In this document: piece by piece, positions 21,050 to 31,306 of the stretch
How the letters are laid out: every line of letters starts with the position of its first letter
Numbering within the stretch: the first letter of the stretch is position 1
DNA from: an uncultured Bacteroides sp.
GTDB taxonomy: Bacteria; Bacteroidota; Bacteroidia; Bacteroidales; Bacteroidaceae
Assembly: GCA_944322285.1 (NCBI GenBank)
Contig: CALUOR010000006.1
Span: 17,164-81,163 of the forward strand
DNA: 64,000 nt
Reading direction: 5' to 3'
Made by a program: the position numbers and the translations under genes
Notes under the pieces: generated by a model
Database searches by the model: none
Seen by the model: the letters and a program-made list of their open reading frames with translations, nothing else
Told to the model about the DNA's origin: nothing

Positions 21050-23656
21050 TTATATTTCCAGTTCGGGCAACTCATCGCGCATGGTGGTGACGTAGCCATT
21101 CTCACTAATGATGGTTTCCTGTCCTTTATAGGTGATGTTCACATCGTCCTTGGTACTGCGGATATAGAAGGATGGACCTCCTTGTGCCGACACGTTGACG
21201 CTGATGAGCCATCCGCCCGCCTTGATGCGACCGTCCGACAATATTTCCGGGTCTTTAGCCGGATACTTCAGGGCATGGGTATTGATGATGGTGGCAAAAC
21301 GGTACACCGTGGCTTTCTCCGACTTGGCGGTGAAGTGCCAATGATTGGGATACTTCTTGAAGTTACCCTTCGCATCGGCACGAAGCCAGTTGACGGGTGG
21401 CGTGAAGAATTGGCTCGTAGTGTCGCATTGCAACGTTCCGGTGCTGAAGATGTAAGCGTCCGATGCTCCTCCACGCCCCGACAAGCCTTGTACATGTACG
21501 TAACGGCTGTTCGAAGTGTCTACCGTCATGGGTTGGGCGGTGGTATGCAGCATGAAGGTATAGTCGGCCGGTTCGGAAGCTTCTAACTCATCGTAGATAA
21601 AGATGAAGCCCGTCTTGCCAAGGTTGACAATGTGGCGGCGGAATTTGGTCAGCGGCACATCGTCCCATCCGTTCTCTGGTGTGTAGGCCACTTCGGACTG
21701 CTCCCCACGCTTCAGCCACAAGGGGGAGATGACCTTGCCGTAAGCGTTGGAAGCATCGCCCAAAACGTAGCCAATCTTTTCACTCACGTAGTAGCGGGGT
21801 ATCCAGCCGTAACCTTCTGTGCCGATGCGCTGCCCCATTCCGTTTACCAAGATGGTGTTATGGGCACGGGTGGCACGGTGGCACAACATGCTGTGCACAT
21901 CGGTGAACTCAATGTGGTGGCCGCTGCTATAGAAGATGGGCTTGCCGCCATAGAAGGTATTGAAAGCATTTTGATTGGCCAAGGCGTGAGACGTAGAGCC
22001 ATAAGGGCTGCTGCGGAAACTCCACATGGCGTTGCCTCCCACACGATCCCAATTGGTCTGGAAGGAAGCCAGTCCTGTTTCGGGGAACACCCATCCGGCA
22101 GGCAAAGAAGTCAGTCCCGGACCTTCGGGCAGCGGCTTGTCGCACTGTAAGCGGAACCAAGCCAAGTCACCCGGTTTGTTCAGTAGGGCTTTCTTCATAT
22201 ACTCCGGCTCCACTTTAAGCGTGCGGCGCACAAAGTCGGCGGCATAAGTGTTGCCCAGCAATTTAGCCAAGGCATCCAGATAGCCGATACGGATGCTGTT
22301 GGGACGACCTACATTTTGGTGTGAACTTCCGTTCCCTCCCGACTTGGAGAAAGGCGGTTGCTGGAAGATGGTGTACATCACGTTGTTCTCATACCAAGGG
22401 TCGGAGAAGAAATCGAAACCGGACAGGCGGCTATAATAATAAGGAACTTCTATCAACGTGCGGGTGTTGACGGTGAAGTAAGAGTCACCGTTGTGCCAGC
22501 CTCCGTCTTTGTTCAAGCCGGGAAAGCGCGCTAACCACACCCCGTAGCAATACTCCGTCCACGTGTCAGCCTCGGGTAATTCACCGTAAGTGGCGAAGGA
22601 AGCCATGGTGAGGATGCGCAGTGTCATTTGCCAGATATGATTCTCGGCGATGTGGTTTTCCAAGTAGTTGTTGAAGTGGTTATACATGGCGGTGCCTTTA
22701 TCCTTGATGGCATCCAGCAGAGTTTTCTTCTGTGCATCACTCAATAAATCATAGAAGGAGTCGTAAGCCATGGAGCAGAGTGAGAGCAGAGCCGATGCGT
22801 TGAAGTCGCCTTTTACATTGGCGTCCTTGTCCCAATCCATCATGATGAATACCCGCTTGATGGCTTCATCGGCATACTTGCGGTCTTTTGTCAGCAAGTA
22901 AGAGCGTATCAAGGCTTCAGTGTTGCTTTCTTCCGCATCAATAATGCGGCGACTTTCGCGGGTAAGATAGGAATTCCGCTGCATCTCGTTTGTCAGGTTC
23001 TTCAGCTGGCTGGTATTAATGTCCTTTACGGTCTTCATGGGTGTTTGCAGCACTTTGTCGGCACGCTCCAGATACCATTGACGTTCCACCTTCTGTTGAC
23101 TCCCGGCAATGAACTTGTCCCAGTTGGCCTTGTCCGCCCATACACGTGGATGCGAAGCAGGCACTTTCGCTATCAGTTCTTTATAGGAAGGCGGGCAAAA
23201 TTTATCCTTGTTGTCGCTTACGGTAACTTGCAGCACGTTGCTCCATGCTACTTGCCCGTTCTCACCTACATAGCCGTATTGCCAATACCATTCACCGGGC
23301 GTTAGAGGTTTTTCGGGATTATAGAACGGCCAGCGGGTATCGGCTTCCATCAAACCCTTCTTTAGTTCAGGGTCTTGCGCGTAGCGTATCTTATAGGCCA
23401 GTTTGCTTTTGTCTATCTTTTTGGCAAGATGCTCGAATCCGTCCATGGGTGCGCCTTCCGATTGGGCTTCGGTCGGCAAAGGCCATTGAAAGGAGATGAA
23501 ACGGTCGTTCACCGTAGCTTTGTCCAAAGGCGAAGGAGTGGCCCGGCTTTCGTGCATCAGGGTGGTTTCGGTCAGCTTGATGTTCGCCTGTCTTGTTTGG
23601 GCGGAACCTGTTATGCCGATGCTTAACGCAAAAATGAAGAATACTACTTTTTTCAT
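21050..23656 (-). CDS. DUF4962 / heparinase II-III-like polysaccharide lyase, periplasmic (PL15-like)
   Basis: SPI-type signal; ENHIWQ, DGGWHNGDSYF, SHALANQNAFN, RAHNTILVNGMGQ. Confidence 0.82.
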   Translation of the reverse strand: MKKVVFFIFALSIGITGSAQTRQANIKLTETTLMHESRATPSPLDKATVNDRFISFQWPLPTEAQSEGAPMDGFEHLAKKIDKSKLAYKIRYAQDPELKKGLMEADTRWPFYNPEKPLTPGEWYWQYGYVGENGQVAWSNVLQVTVSDNKDKFCPPSYKELIAKVPASHPRVWADKANWDKFIAGSQQKVERQWYLERADKVLQTPMKTVKDINTSQLKNLTNEMQRNSYLTRESRRIIDAEESNTEALIRSYLLTKDRKYADEAIKRVFIMMDWDKDANVKGDFNASALLSLCSMAYDSFYDLLSDAQKKTLLDAIKDKGTAMYNHFNNYLENHIAENHIWQMTLRILTMASFATYGELPEADTWTEYCYGVWLARFPGLNKDGGWHNGDSYFTVNTRTLIEVPYYYSRLSGFDFFSDPWYENNVMYTIFQQPPFSKSGGNGSSHQNVGRPNSIRIGYLDALAKLLGNTYAADFVRRTLKVEPEYMKKALLNKPGDLAWFRLQCDKPLPEGPGLTSLPAGWVFPETGLASFQTNWDRVGGNAMWSFRSSPYGSTSHALANQNAFNTFYGGKPIFYSSGHHIEFTDVHSMLCHRATRAHNTILVNGMGQRIGTEGYGWIPRYYVSEKIGYVLGDASNAYGKVISPLWLKRGEQSEVAYTPENGWDDVPLTKFRRHIVNLGKTGFIFIYDELEASEPADYTFMLHTTAQPMTVDTSNSRYVHVQGLSGRGGASDAYIFSTGTLQCDTTSQFFTPPVNWLRADAKGNFKKYPNHWHFTAKSEKATVYRFATIINTHALKYPAKDPEILSDGRIKAGGWLISVNVSAQGGPSFYIRSTKDDVNITYKGQETIISENGYVTTMRDELPELEI

Positions 23657-23814
23657 GATATTTATTGTTACAGAAATCAGTTCGTTTTTCTATTCGCAAA
23701 TGTCCGCAATCATTGGGATTTTGAACTTCTTTTTTGTTTTTTCCTCTTTTGTGGACGTTGAAAAGGCTTTTATTTTTGTATTTTCGTCTTTTGATTTTGT
23801 GTAAGAAGCTTCTC

Positions 23815-25176
23815 TTAATTCTTGGGAATGAAGCGAATAGGTGAATAAGGACCCGGTGTGGGATGAAGTTTCATCCATTCCAGCAACAAGGCTCTGTGTG
23901 CTTTCACCACTTCCTCATAGCGTTGTTCGATGGCCAGATTGCGCATTTCTCCACGGTCAGTTTTCATGTCATACAGCATCTCGCGATTCTTTCCGGCTTC
24001 GTATAATACATATTTATATTGAGGAGTGCGCACTGCCCATCCACAGGTATTTCCGGTTTCAGCAAAAAGTGTTTCGGTGACGATGTAAGATTGATGCTCC
24101 TGTTCAGGGTCGCCGGTTTCAACCAATGTGCGATAGCTTACGCCCCGTATGTCATCTGGTATTTCTACGCCAGCCCAGTCGCAAATACTCGGCATGAGGT
24201 CTACCCCGTTGTTGATGAGTTGAGGCAGGACTTTGCCCGCATGCTTTCCTTCGGGAAGGCACACGATAAGAGGCACATTGGCGACTTCTTCGTAAAGCGC
24301 AGTCTTCTGATTCCATTGATGGGCGCCCGTTCCGTCTCCATGGTCGCTGGTGAAGATAATGACAGTGTTTCTCCATAAATCCTGCCGTTCTATCTCATCC
24401 ACTATTTTTCCTATTTCCGCATCTACGGTTTCCACCAGCCGGAAATAAGCGTTTCGATACCGGCGCCAGTCATCAGGCGTATAGTGGCGGGTAGGGTATA
24501 AGCGATAACTTTGTTCTCTTTCGTAGGAAAGCACATCGGCGTCATAAGGCGCGATGTTGAAGTTGGCGGGCAGGTTGGGACAGGCTTCCAAGGCAGGTTC
24601 CTCTATCTGTGCGAAAGGAGGATTCTGCTTGCGTGCATATTCGCAGATGTTATGCGGATTGTCGAACGAGGCAACCAAAAAGAACGGCTTTTGATGTTTA
24701 CGCTTAAGGAAAGCGATGGCGGCTTCCGCCAATCCGTAGTCATTGTGCCCGTGCAGATTCTCAAACCCGAAAGCGTGAGAGGAGGGTAGAGAATTGGTGT
24801 GTACATGCCATTTGCCGGCGTATGCGGTTTCGTATCCGGCTTTCTCCATCAATACTCCAAGCGAACGTTCGTGTAGGGAGTCCGGCATCGGATTTCCGTT
24901 GGTTGGCATACCTATTTCCGTTGGTGTGTGTCCGGTAAACATGGAGGCACGTGAGGGACCGCTCAACGGAAGCGAGCAATAGGCGTTGGTAAAACGTACG
25001 CCATGTTCAGCCAGTCTGTCCATGTTGGGTGTGCGTACATCGGTGTTTCCGGCACATGACATGGCCGTGGCAGTTTGTTGGTCAGTCATGATGTAAATGA
25101 TGTTGGGGCGTTCTTGCGCCAACAAGGCCGTTGGAAGTAAACTTCCGGCCAGTAAAGCTACTTGTAGTTCTCTCAT
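23815..25176 (-). CDS. Sulfatase (S1 family, Ser-type)
   Basis: RPNIIYIMTDQ, LSGPSRASMFTG (SxPxR), GKWH, FTSDHGD; start reassigned to MRELQV; TACTTTTG -7 box at 25223-25230. Confidence 0.93.
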   Translation of the reverse strand: MRELQVALLAGSLLPTALLAQERPNIIYIMTDQQTATAMSCAGNTDVRTPNMDRLAEHGVRFTNAYCSLPLSGPSRASMFTGHTPTEIGMPTNGNPMPDSLHERSLGVLMEKAGYETAYAGKWHVHTNSLPSSHAFGFENLHGHNDYGLAEAAIAFLKRKHQKPFFLVASFDNPHNICEYARKQNPPFAQIEEPALEACPNLPANFNIAPYDADVLSYEREQSYRLYPTRHYTPDDWRRYRNAYFRLVETVDAEIGKIVDEIERQDLWRNTVIIFTSDHGDGTGAHQWNQKTALYEEVANVPLIVCLPEGKHAGKVLPQLINNGVDLMPSICDWAGVEIPDDIRGVSYRTLVETGDPEQEHQSYIVTETLFAETGNTCGWAVRTPQYKYVLYEAGKNREMLYDMKTDRGEMRNLAIEQRYEEVVKAHRALLLEWMKLHPTPGPYSPIRFIPKN

Positions 25177-25357
25177 GGTTGTATAATATAATATGGTATA
25201 TGTTCCCATTCATCTTTTGCTGCAAAAGTAGCCGGTTTTTCCCGGGCGGGTGTTTTCATCTGTTTTCAAGATTGCCAATCCTTTTCAATTCGTTTTTATT
25301 TTTGTTTAATCTCCTTTTGATTTTGTCCAAGGCATTGCCGTCTTGCCGTCAGGACAT

Positions 25358-25405
25358 AAAAAAACAAGCACCTGTATCGGAGTTGCCTCCGATTCAGATG
25401 CTTGT
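25358..25405 (-). terminator. Intrinsic terminator at the end of the capsule-associated operon
   Basis: Stem ACAAGCA-CTG-ATCGGAG / CTCCGAT-CAG-TGCTTGT followed by a U-run on the minus strand. Confidence 0.7.
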
Positions 25406-25445
25406 TCGTCTGGTGAGAAATAATTAGAAAATGTTTTATGTGGGC

Positions 25446-26627
25446 TTAGTTGCTGCCTCCATTGTGCTCGCGGTTATAGGTTGTTGTTACTACGGCCACA
25501 TCGCCATATTGTTTGCCGGAAACGGAACGGTTCAAGGCAGAGACGGTCAGCGTAGTCACTTGTTGAGTTCCTGTCACATGCAGAGCGGTACCGATAGGCA
25601 AAGTCACATTGATGGGGTAAGACCCAGTGGCTGTAGTTACGTTAGCGCCGGCAATGCGGGCTAATATCTCTATCAGGTAGGCCGTGATGCGGTTGGTTCC
25701 CGATGACGTAATCTCTGTTCCAATGTGATAGGTGAATGATGCCGAGCTTACCGTAACATCTCCACTTCCATACAAGTTATCCCAAAGGTCCTGTCCGAAA
25801 GCAAGTGCCGTGGAAGAAGAAGAACTGGTTACGTCTGCACCGAAAAGCAAGGTATAGGACGTAAACTGGTCGGCAAATACGGTCACTTGGTCACCTTCTA
25901 CTGTAAATTCAGCCTCTACCCATTGTCCGTCCACATACTTCTGTGCTGTAATGGACTGGGCGACTTCAGCGTCCACATCGTAGGTCAGCTGAATGGGACT
26001 TGCCAATACGGCGTTCGCATCCGTACATGCCACGCTTGTTCCTATCAGTACAACCGATTCTGTTGCACGGGTATTTGCCCGTGTTCCCACTTCGTCTAAT
26101 GTATAAATAGGCGTGATGATGATGGAACTTCCTTCAGGCAGAGCAGTCTCTGGGACGGTTACATCCACGGTTACAGCACCCTTGTCGTTGCCTTTAATCG
26201 TCTCTGAGGTTACGCTGGCTTCTGTATCGCCATCGGTAGCGATTTCAATGGTCGTGCCTTTATTGGGCAACGACACGTTCCATACCACGTTGCTTCCGTT
26301 TCCGTCGGCAGGTACATTGACGGTCGTTTCTTTGGTTTGCTTTCCTGAAGCGGAGGCAGATAGTGTATGGTTGCCAGCTGCCACTCCCTCGAACACGAAC
26401 GTACCGTCCGCATTGGTCTGTGTGCTTGTTCCATCCATACTTACGGTAGCGGCAGAAAGGCCATTGCCATCCATGCTTGTAACACGTCCGCTGATGCTGT
26501 GAGATATTCCCACGGTAGGCGGTGTAACCTTGCTATAATCAGGGTCGTCATCGCTGCATCCTGCCAAACTTGTGGCCAAAGCCACACCAAGGAATGCGTA
26601 CATTCCAAACTTAGCTAACTTTTTCAT
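25446..26627 (-). CDS. Surface lipoprotein with carboxypeptidase-regulatory-like (Ig) domain
   Basis: Lipobox LAGC-SDDD, SISGRVTSMDGNGLSAATV...TNADGTFVF; Thr/Ser-rich beta sequence. Confidence 0.7.
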   Translation of the reverse strand: MKKLAKFGMYAFLGVALATSLAGCSDDDPDYSKVTPPTVGISHSISGRVTSMDGNGLSAATVSMDGTSTQTNADGTFVFEGVAAGNHTLSASASGKQTKETTVNVPADGNGSNVVWNVSLPNKGTTIEIATDGDTEASVTSETIKGNDKGAVTVDVTVPETALPEGSSIIITPIYTLDEVGTRANTRATESVVLIGTSVACTDANAVLASPIQLTYDVDAEVAQSITAQKYVDGQWVEAEFTVEGDQVTVFADQFTSYTLLFGADVTSSSSSTALAFGQDLWDNLYGSGDVTVSSASFTYHIGTEITSSGTNRITAYLIEILARIAGANVTTATGSYPINVTLPIGTALHVTGTQQVTTLTVSALNRSVSGKQYGDVAVVTTTYNREHNGGSN

Positions 26628-26685
26628 TGTCGAATGAATAAAATTAATAAATTAAACAATATATTTAGGGTTCTATTTATTGAGG

Positions 26686-26889
26686 TAAATGGGAATTTAG
26701 TTCATTTACAATTTAGCAATTTACAATTTACGATTTTGTTAAATGGGAATTTAGCGGGGCGGAGCCCCGCAATGTGTCAATGTGCTAATATGCCAATGTG
26801 CTAATGACCTGCGGCATAAGAACACGCCAAAGCAAACACAGCGCAGCCCCATTAGCACATTGGCATATTAGCACATTAAATTATCATTT
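26686..26889 (-). repeat. Constant-end element (family 1), copy 3, with a doubled right end
   Basis: Two TAAATGGGAATTTAG ends 54 bp apart, then cargo similar to copy 1; the left end overlaps the TGA stop of the upstream gene. Confidence 0.85.
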
Positions 26890-27612
26890 CTTTCCCAAAA
26901 GATTTATCTTGAAGCTGATGCCTCCTGTGAAATACTTCCCGTCATGCAGGCAAGCCTGTAGGAAGAAGTATCGGAAAAGCAGGTAGTCCACACCCAGATT
27001 GATTTCATTTCCCGTATATTCCGCCATCACACGGAGTCCTTTGGCAAAAGCCGGTCGGTAAGTGATGCCTCCTGCCAGCCCCCTCCATTTGGTATTGAAG
27101 TCTGAGGTGAAATAACGGTATGCCAAATGGAAGCCAACCTCATGGTTTTTCCATCGGATATGCTTGCTGGCACTTAAATATAAGTTTTGGAAATAGGCTC
27201 CATCTACACCCAGTGAATCGTTAGAAGGCGCATGACCTATGTCTTGCATGCCGATGGCAATGGCAGGCCACCATTTTCCTTCCTTCAGCGGTCTGAGTTT
27301 GAGATTGAAATTCCGGTCTTTCATATTATAATCCCCTTCCTTGCTTCCCTTCATCAAGGTACAGACGTAGGACAATTCTACCCAAGGGAAAGGAGTAATA
27401 GCCAGGAAATGGTTGCTCGTGTTGTATCCCACTTTGGCTAATTGTGTTGGCAGGAAATGACTGTTTAGGAAGAATACGCCGATGCGGGCTTCTCCTTCTG
27501 TAGCCATCTCTGCGGTAGGCACGTGAATCATGCCTGTAATGCCGGAGTATTCCTGTGCGGACAAGGCAAGAGCTGACCAAAAAAACAACAGGCAGATGCA
27601 GATTCTTTTCAT
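26884..27612 (-). CDS. YjbH-domain outer-membrane protein
   Basis: Signal peptide; GITGMIHVPTAEM, PFPWVELSY, KDRNFNLKLRPLKEGKWWPAIAIGMQD. Confidence 0.75.
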   Translation of the reverse strand: MKRICICLLFFWSALALSAQEYSGITGMIHVPTAEMATEGEARIGVFFLNSHFLPTQLAKVGYNTSNHFLAITPFPWVELSYVCTLMKGSKEGDYNMKDRNFNLKLRPLKEGKWWPAIAIGMQDIGHAPSNDSLGVDGAYFQNLYLSASKHIRWKNHEVGFHLAYRYFTSDFNTKWRGLAGGITYRPAFAKGLRVMAEYTGNEINLGVDYLLFRYFFLQACLHDGKYFTGGISFKINLLGKK

Positions 27613-28505
27613 TTGCTGCCTCCTTCCTTGTTTACGAAGTCCGGTTTCATCGTGTTGCTTCCCCATTGCAAGGCTTTTCGGTCAAACCAGCCTTCCCGTT
27701 CGTTCTCTTCCGGATCGGTGGTGTACATCTTGTTGCCAAAGGCTCCTCCTTCCATGCTGTAGGTCAGCCGGAAGTTGGATGCCGGTCGGAAGTTTACTTT
27801 ATGCCGCTTTCGTTTGTACGGAGGTATCATGACAATCACCTTAAATCCTCCATTGCTGCCGGCTAAGTTACTGTATGCTCCATACACGCCTACCGTACAG
27901 TGGTTGAAATGGCGCATAGCTTCTCCTACCACGCCATAGTCTTCGTAGATGAAACGTCCGCCTCTGGCACGGAACTGCGTGTTCCATTTGCTCAGATACA
28001 CGTTCGCTCCTATCAAGGCGGTCACACGTTCCGGGGTGCTTGCCTCCCAGTCCACAGCCATCGAGCAATAGCCGGTTAATCCCGCTTGCGCTTCCAGAGC
28101 CAGCCATTGGTTCACCACATACATACCTTTCAGGTCCAGTCCATAACGCTCACTGCCAAACAGTCCGCCGCTTGCTTTCAGAAACCAACGGTCGTTCCAA
28201 TGCGTCTCTTTGGACAATACCGCCATGTTCAGTCTTACCTTTTTATAGCGTTCACCATAATTATTATAAATAGGCACCAATGCCTGTGCGGCTGCCTGCC
28301 ATCCTTTTCCCATGTTCCACTTGATGCCCGGTGTTAGATTCAGCAAGAGGTCATACACACGTCCGTTATGAAAGATGTCACGGTAGTTGAAGTCAACTCC
28401 CATGAACACATCCACCTGTCCTGTAGGAATGGAGGGGTGGGCTTGCGTATGTCCGCAAAGCAAGATTGCGAACAGCAGGACAATCCAATGTCTTTTATGT
28501 TTCAT
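27609..28505 (-). CDS. YjbH-related beta-barrel protein
   Basis: Signal peptide from MKHKRH, amphipathic strands (ASGGLFGSERYGLD, GGRFIYEDYG); overlaps the start of the YjbH-domain gene. Confidence 0.6.
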   Translation of the reverse strand: MKHKRHWIVLLFAILLCGHTQAHPSIPTGQVDVFMGVDFNYRDIFHNGRVYDLLLNLTPGIKWNMGKGWQAAAQALVPIYNNYGERYKKVRLNMAVLSKETHWNDRWFLKASGGLFGSERYGLDLKGMYVVNQWLALEAQAGLTGYCSMAVDWEASTPERVTALIGANVYLSKWNTQFRARGGRFIYEDYGVVGEAMRHFNHCTVGVYGAYSNLAGSNGGFKVIVMIPPYKRKRHKVNFRPASNFRLTYSMEGGAFGNKMYTTDPEENEREGWFDRKALQWGSNTMKPDFVNKEGGSK

Positions 28506-28513
28506 ATAAATAT

Positions 28514-28642
28514 AATTTGGCGGGGCGGAGCCCCGCAATGTGCTAATATGCCAATGCCATGCGGTATGAGAACACACCTAGGGAGACACAGCGCAGCCCC
28601 ATTAGCACATTGGCACATTTGTCACATTAGCACATTAAATTA
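28514..28642 (-). repeat. Constant-end element (family 1), copy 4, eroded ends
   Basis: Same GC hairpin and TAGCACATT cargo; the residual end overlaps the wcaJ stop codon. Confidence 0.75.
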
Positions 28643-30043
28643 GTAAGCATTCTTTTCTCCATGCAGCGCATTGGCCACGGTTTTATATATAATGTATAGA
28701 TCCAGTCCGAAGCTCCAATGCTCAATATACCAAATGTCTCCCCTGATTCGTCCTTCCATCTGCTTCAGTTCTTTGGTCTCACCCCGGAACCCGTTCACCT
28801 GACTCCAGCCCGTGATGCCCGGTTTGATGAAATGGCGCACCATGTATTTGTCTATTAGTTGCGAGTATTCTTCTGTGTGCTTTACCATGTGCGGACGCGG
28901 ACCTACCACGCTCATCTGTCCCAGCAGCACGTTGATGAATTGCGGTAACTCGTCAATATTTGTCCTTCGCATAATGTCCCCCCAACGGGTCTTGCGTGGG
29001 TCATTCTTGGTGGCTTGCAGCTTATCCGCATCCGCGTTCACCTTCATGCTGCGAAACTTCAGGCAATAGAATTCCTTGCCGTTGATGCCGTTCCGCTTCT
29101 GCCGGAAGAACACCGGGCCGGGCATGGTAATCTTCGTGATGAGCGTCACTACGATTAATATCGGTATGAACAGCGTGCAGAGGAATGCCAGCGAGAACGC
29201 GATGTCGAACGCCCGCTTCACCAGTCGGTTCTCTATCCAGCTTAATGGTTCTTCGTGCAAGGTCAGGCAAGGCACGCTGCCCATCATGCTGAAGTGCATT
29301 CTATGATAGAGGTAGTTGCGCACATTAGGCACGCTGTAAAACCGTACCAGATGATTTTCGCAGTAATGGATGATGGACAGAATCTCGTCTTTCTGTTTCG
29401 AGGGAAGGCAACAATACAGGTTGCGGATGTCGTTGCCATGTTTTTGCAGATAGGGAATCACCTCCGGAGGCGTGCCCAGGTAAGGGCACTCTTTCGGGAA
29501 TTCACTGTTCGGCTCATAGTCAAAATAGCCGCAAACCCAATACCCGATGGATGGATCTCCCGCCAGCTCATGATACAGTTCAATGTTGTTTTCCGTACTT
29601 CCCACAAGCACCACTCCATTGCGGTGTCGTGTCCGTTTCCAATAATCCTTGATAGGGGCGCGTACGCTCAGTCGGAAACAGGTGATGGTAAGCACCATGG
29701 ACAACAGGAAGCATACATAGACACTCCACGAAGGCATGGCAAAGTTTCCCCACACTAATAATGGGGTGGCCGAGATGGAAAACAGGGATACATTGCGCAG
29801 CACCCGCACCACAATCTGGAAATTGCGTACCTTCTTGAAGTGGAGGATGATGCCTCCGTTCACCGTGCAGGCAAAGCAGATGACGCTTATCAGCAGGTGC
29901 GATTGCAGCAAGGACGATTCTCCGTGCTGTCCGTCAAATTTGCAGGCAAGGGTAAACAACAGGTTGCATAGCAGTAGATCGCCGGCCATGACCAATGTCT
30001 TGGTCAGAGAGTCATATCGTTTTTGATAGTCAAGTCTGTCCAT
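28640..30043 (-). CDS. wcaJ: Undecaprenyl-phosphate glucose phosphotransferase (initiating sugar transferase)
   Basis: N-terminal TMs, KRAFDI, KFRSM, DELPQFINVLLGQMSVVGPRPH, KPGITGWSQVNG. Confidence 0.93.
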   Translation of the reverse strand: MDRLDYQKRYDSLTKTLVMAGDLLLCNLLFTLACKFDGQHGESSLLQSHLLISVICFACTVNGGIILHFKKVRNFQIVVRVLRNVSLFSISATPLLVWGNFAMPSWSVYVCFLLSMVLTITCFRLSVRAPIKDYWKRTRHRNGVVLVGSTENNIELYHELAGDPSIGYWVCGYFDYEPNSEFPKECPYLGTPPEVIPYLQKHGNDIRNLYCCLPSKQKDEILSIIHYCENHLVRFYSVPNVRNYLYHRMHFSMMGSVPCLTLHEEPLSWIENRLVKRAFDIAFSLAFLCTLFIPILIVVTLITKITMPGPVFFRQKRNGINGKEFYCLKFRSMKVNADADKLQATKNDPRKTRWGDIMRRTNIDELPQFINVLLGQMSVVGPRPHMVKHTEEYSQLIDKYMVRHFIKPGITGWSQVNGFRGETKELKQMEGRIRGDIWYIEHWSFGLDLYIIYKTVANALHGEKNAY

Positions 30044-30056
30044 ACATCATTTCCTT

Positions 30057-30209
30057 TAAGTAAGTGTACAGAATTAATAGATATTATTCTTTTTAGGAGT
30101 TAAGCCAATACTTTTAGTATACATGATAAGTCAACTATCGGCTTAACTACTTAACTTCTTAACTCCTTAACTACTGATATAGTATAAGCTAAATGTGATT
30201 AGTTACTTA
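30057..30209 (+). repeat. Family-2 repeat, copy A
   Basis: TAAGTAAGTGTACAGAATTAA ... TATAAGCTAAATGTGATTAGTTACTTA with an internal GGAGTTAAG / CTTAACT palindrome. Confidence 0.85.
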
Positions 30210-30222
30210 TTAAAATAGATTC

Positions 30223-30945
30223 TTATCGTTTGTATTCTTTGTAGATGAGCCATAGAAACAACGGATTGCCTATCACATACCGTCTCCACATCCGCTTGGG
30301 TTCCTTTATCAGCCGGTACAGCCATTCCAGCGAATGTTCCTGCCACCAGCGTGGGGCGCGTTGGTACGTTCCCGCGAAGAAGTCGAACACAGCCCCGATG
30401 GTGCCAGTATGGCAATGGATATGAAGTTCCTTCCAATGCTCATACGTCCACTTTTCCTGTTTGGGAGCCGTCATGCCAATCCACAGCAAATCAGGATTGG
30501 CGGCATTGATGGCATCAATGATTGTCTTGTTATCCTCATCGGTAAACTCCGGCTTGTAAGGGGGTGAGTAAGTGACGACCTCGATGTTCGGATAAACCTC
30601 TTTCGCTTTTTCCACAACCAGCTTCAACACATTGGGCGAACTGCCCATGAACATACAGCGTCCTCCTTTTTCGTTCAGCCGTTCCATTTCAAACTCAAAC
30701 AAGTCCCATCCGGCTATACGTTCCTTGGGTTGCGACTTGCAGCCAAGCCAGTGGCAAGCCTTTACGATGCTTGCCCCGTCGGGAATCAGATAATCACCCT
30801 TCTTCAACGCCTCCGCAAACCGCTCATCCTTCTGTGCCGTGTTGTACGAGTGCGCGTTTATCGTGTTTATCAGCACCTTCCCTGGAGGAATAGTTTTCAG
30901 TCCCTCCTTCGATTCAAGGAGAGACAACTCTTTTAGTTGTAACAT
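30223..30945 (-). CDS. WecB/TagA/CpsF family glycosyltransferase
   Basis: INTINAH, IPDGASIV, ERIAGWDL, LWIGMTAPKQEKW, IGAVFDFFAG...RAP, LEWLYRL. Confidence 0.93.
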   Translation of the reverse strand: MLQLKELSLLESKEGLKTIPPGKVLINTINAHSYNTAQKDERFAEALKKGDYLIPDGASIVKACHWLGCKSQPKERIAGWDLFEFEMERLNEKGGRCMFMGSSPNVLKLVVEKAKEVYPNIEVVTYSPPYKPEFTDEDNKTIIDAINAANPDLLWIGMTAPKQEKWTYEHWKELHIHCHTGTIGAVFDFFAGTYQRAPRWWQEHSLEWLYRLIKEPKRMWRRYVIGNPLFLWLIYKEYKR

Positions 30946-30966
30946 GATAAGATAAAGGAGAAAGTA

Positions 30967-31227
30967 TAAGTAAGTGTACAGAATTAAATGGTAATTTAAT
31001 GTGCTAATATGCTAATGTGCCAATGTGCTAATGGGGCTGCGCTGTGTTTGCACTGGCGTGTTCTCATGACGTAGGGCATTAGCACATTGGCACATCAGCA
31101 CACTGACACATTGCGGGGCTCCGCCCCGCTAAATTCCCATTTAACAAAATCGTAAATTGTAAATTGCTAAATCGTAAATGAGCTAAATTCCCATTTATCG
31201 TATAAACTAAATATGATTAGTTACTTA
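30967..31227 (+). repeat. Family-2 repeat copy B containing a complete family-1 element (copy 5, 30986-31197)
   Basis: Family-2 ends at 30967 and 31227 enclose AAATGGTAATTTA-cargo-CTAAATTCCCATTTA-39 bp-CTAAATTCCCATTTA. Confidence 0.85.
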
Positions 31228-31306
31228 TTGTTTTGTTTAGTTTGTCGTCAACCTATCACTTCAGGTCAGTTTAAAGATAGGCGGGGGAGTGATAGCTTTT
31301 TACGCC

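Noticed and set aside
23731-23794. T-rich direct repeat 42 bp apart upstream of the lyase gene
   Set aside because: Low complexity with no intermediate copy; too weak to call an operator.
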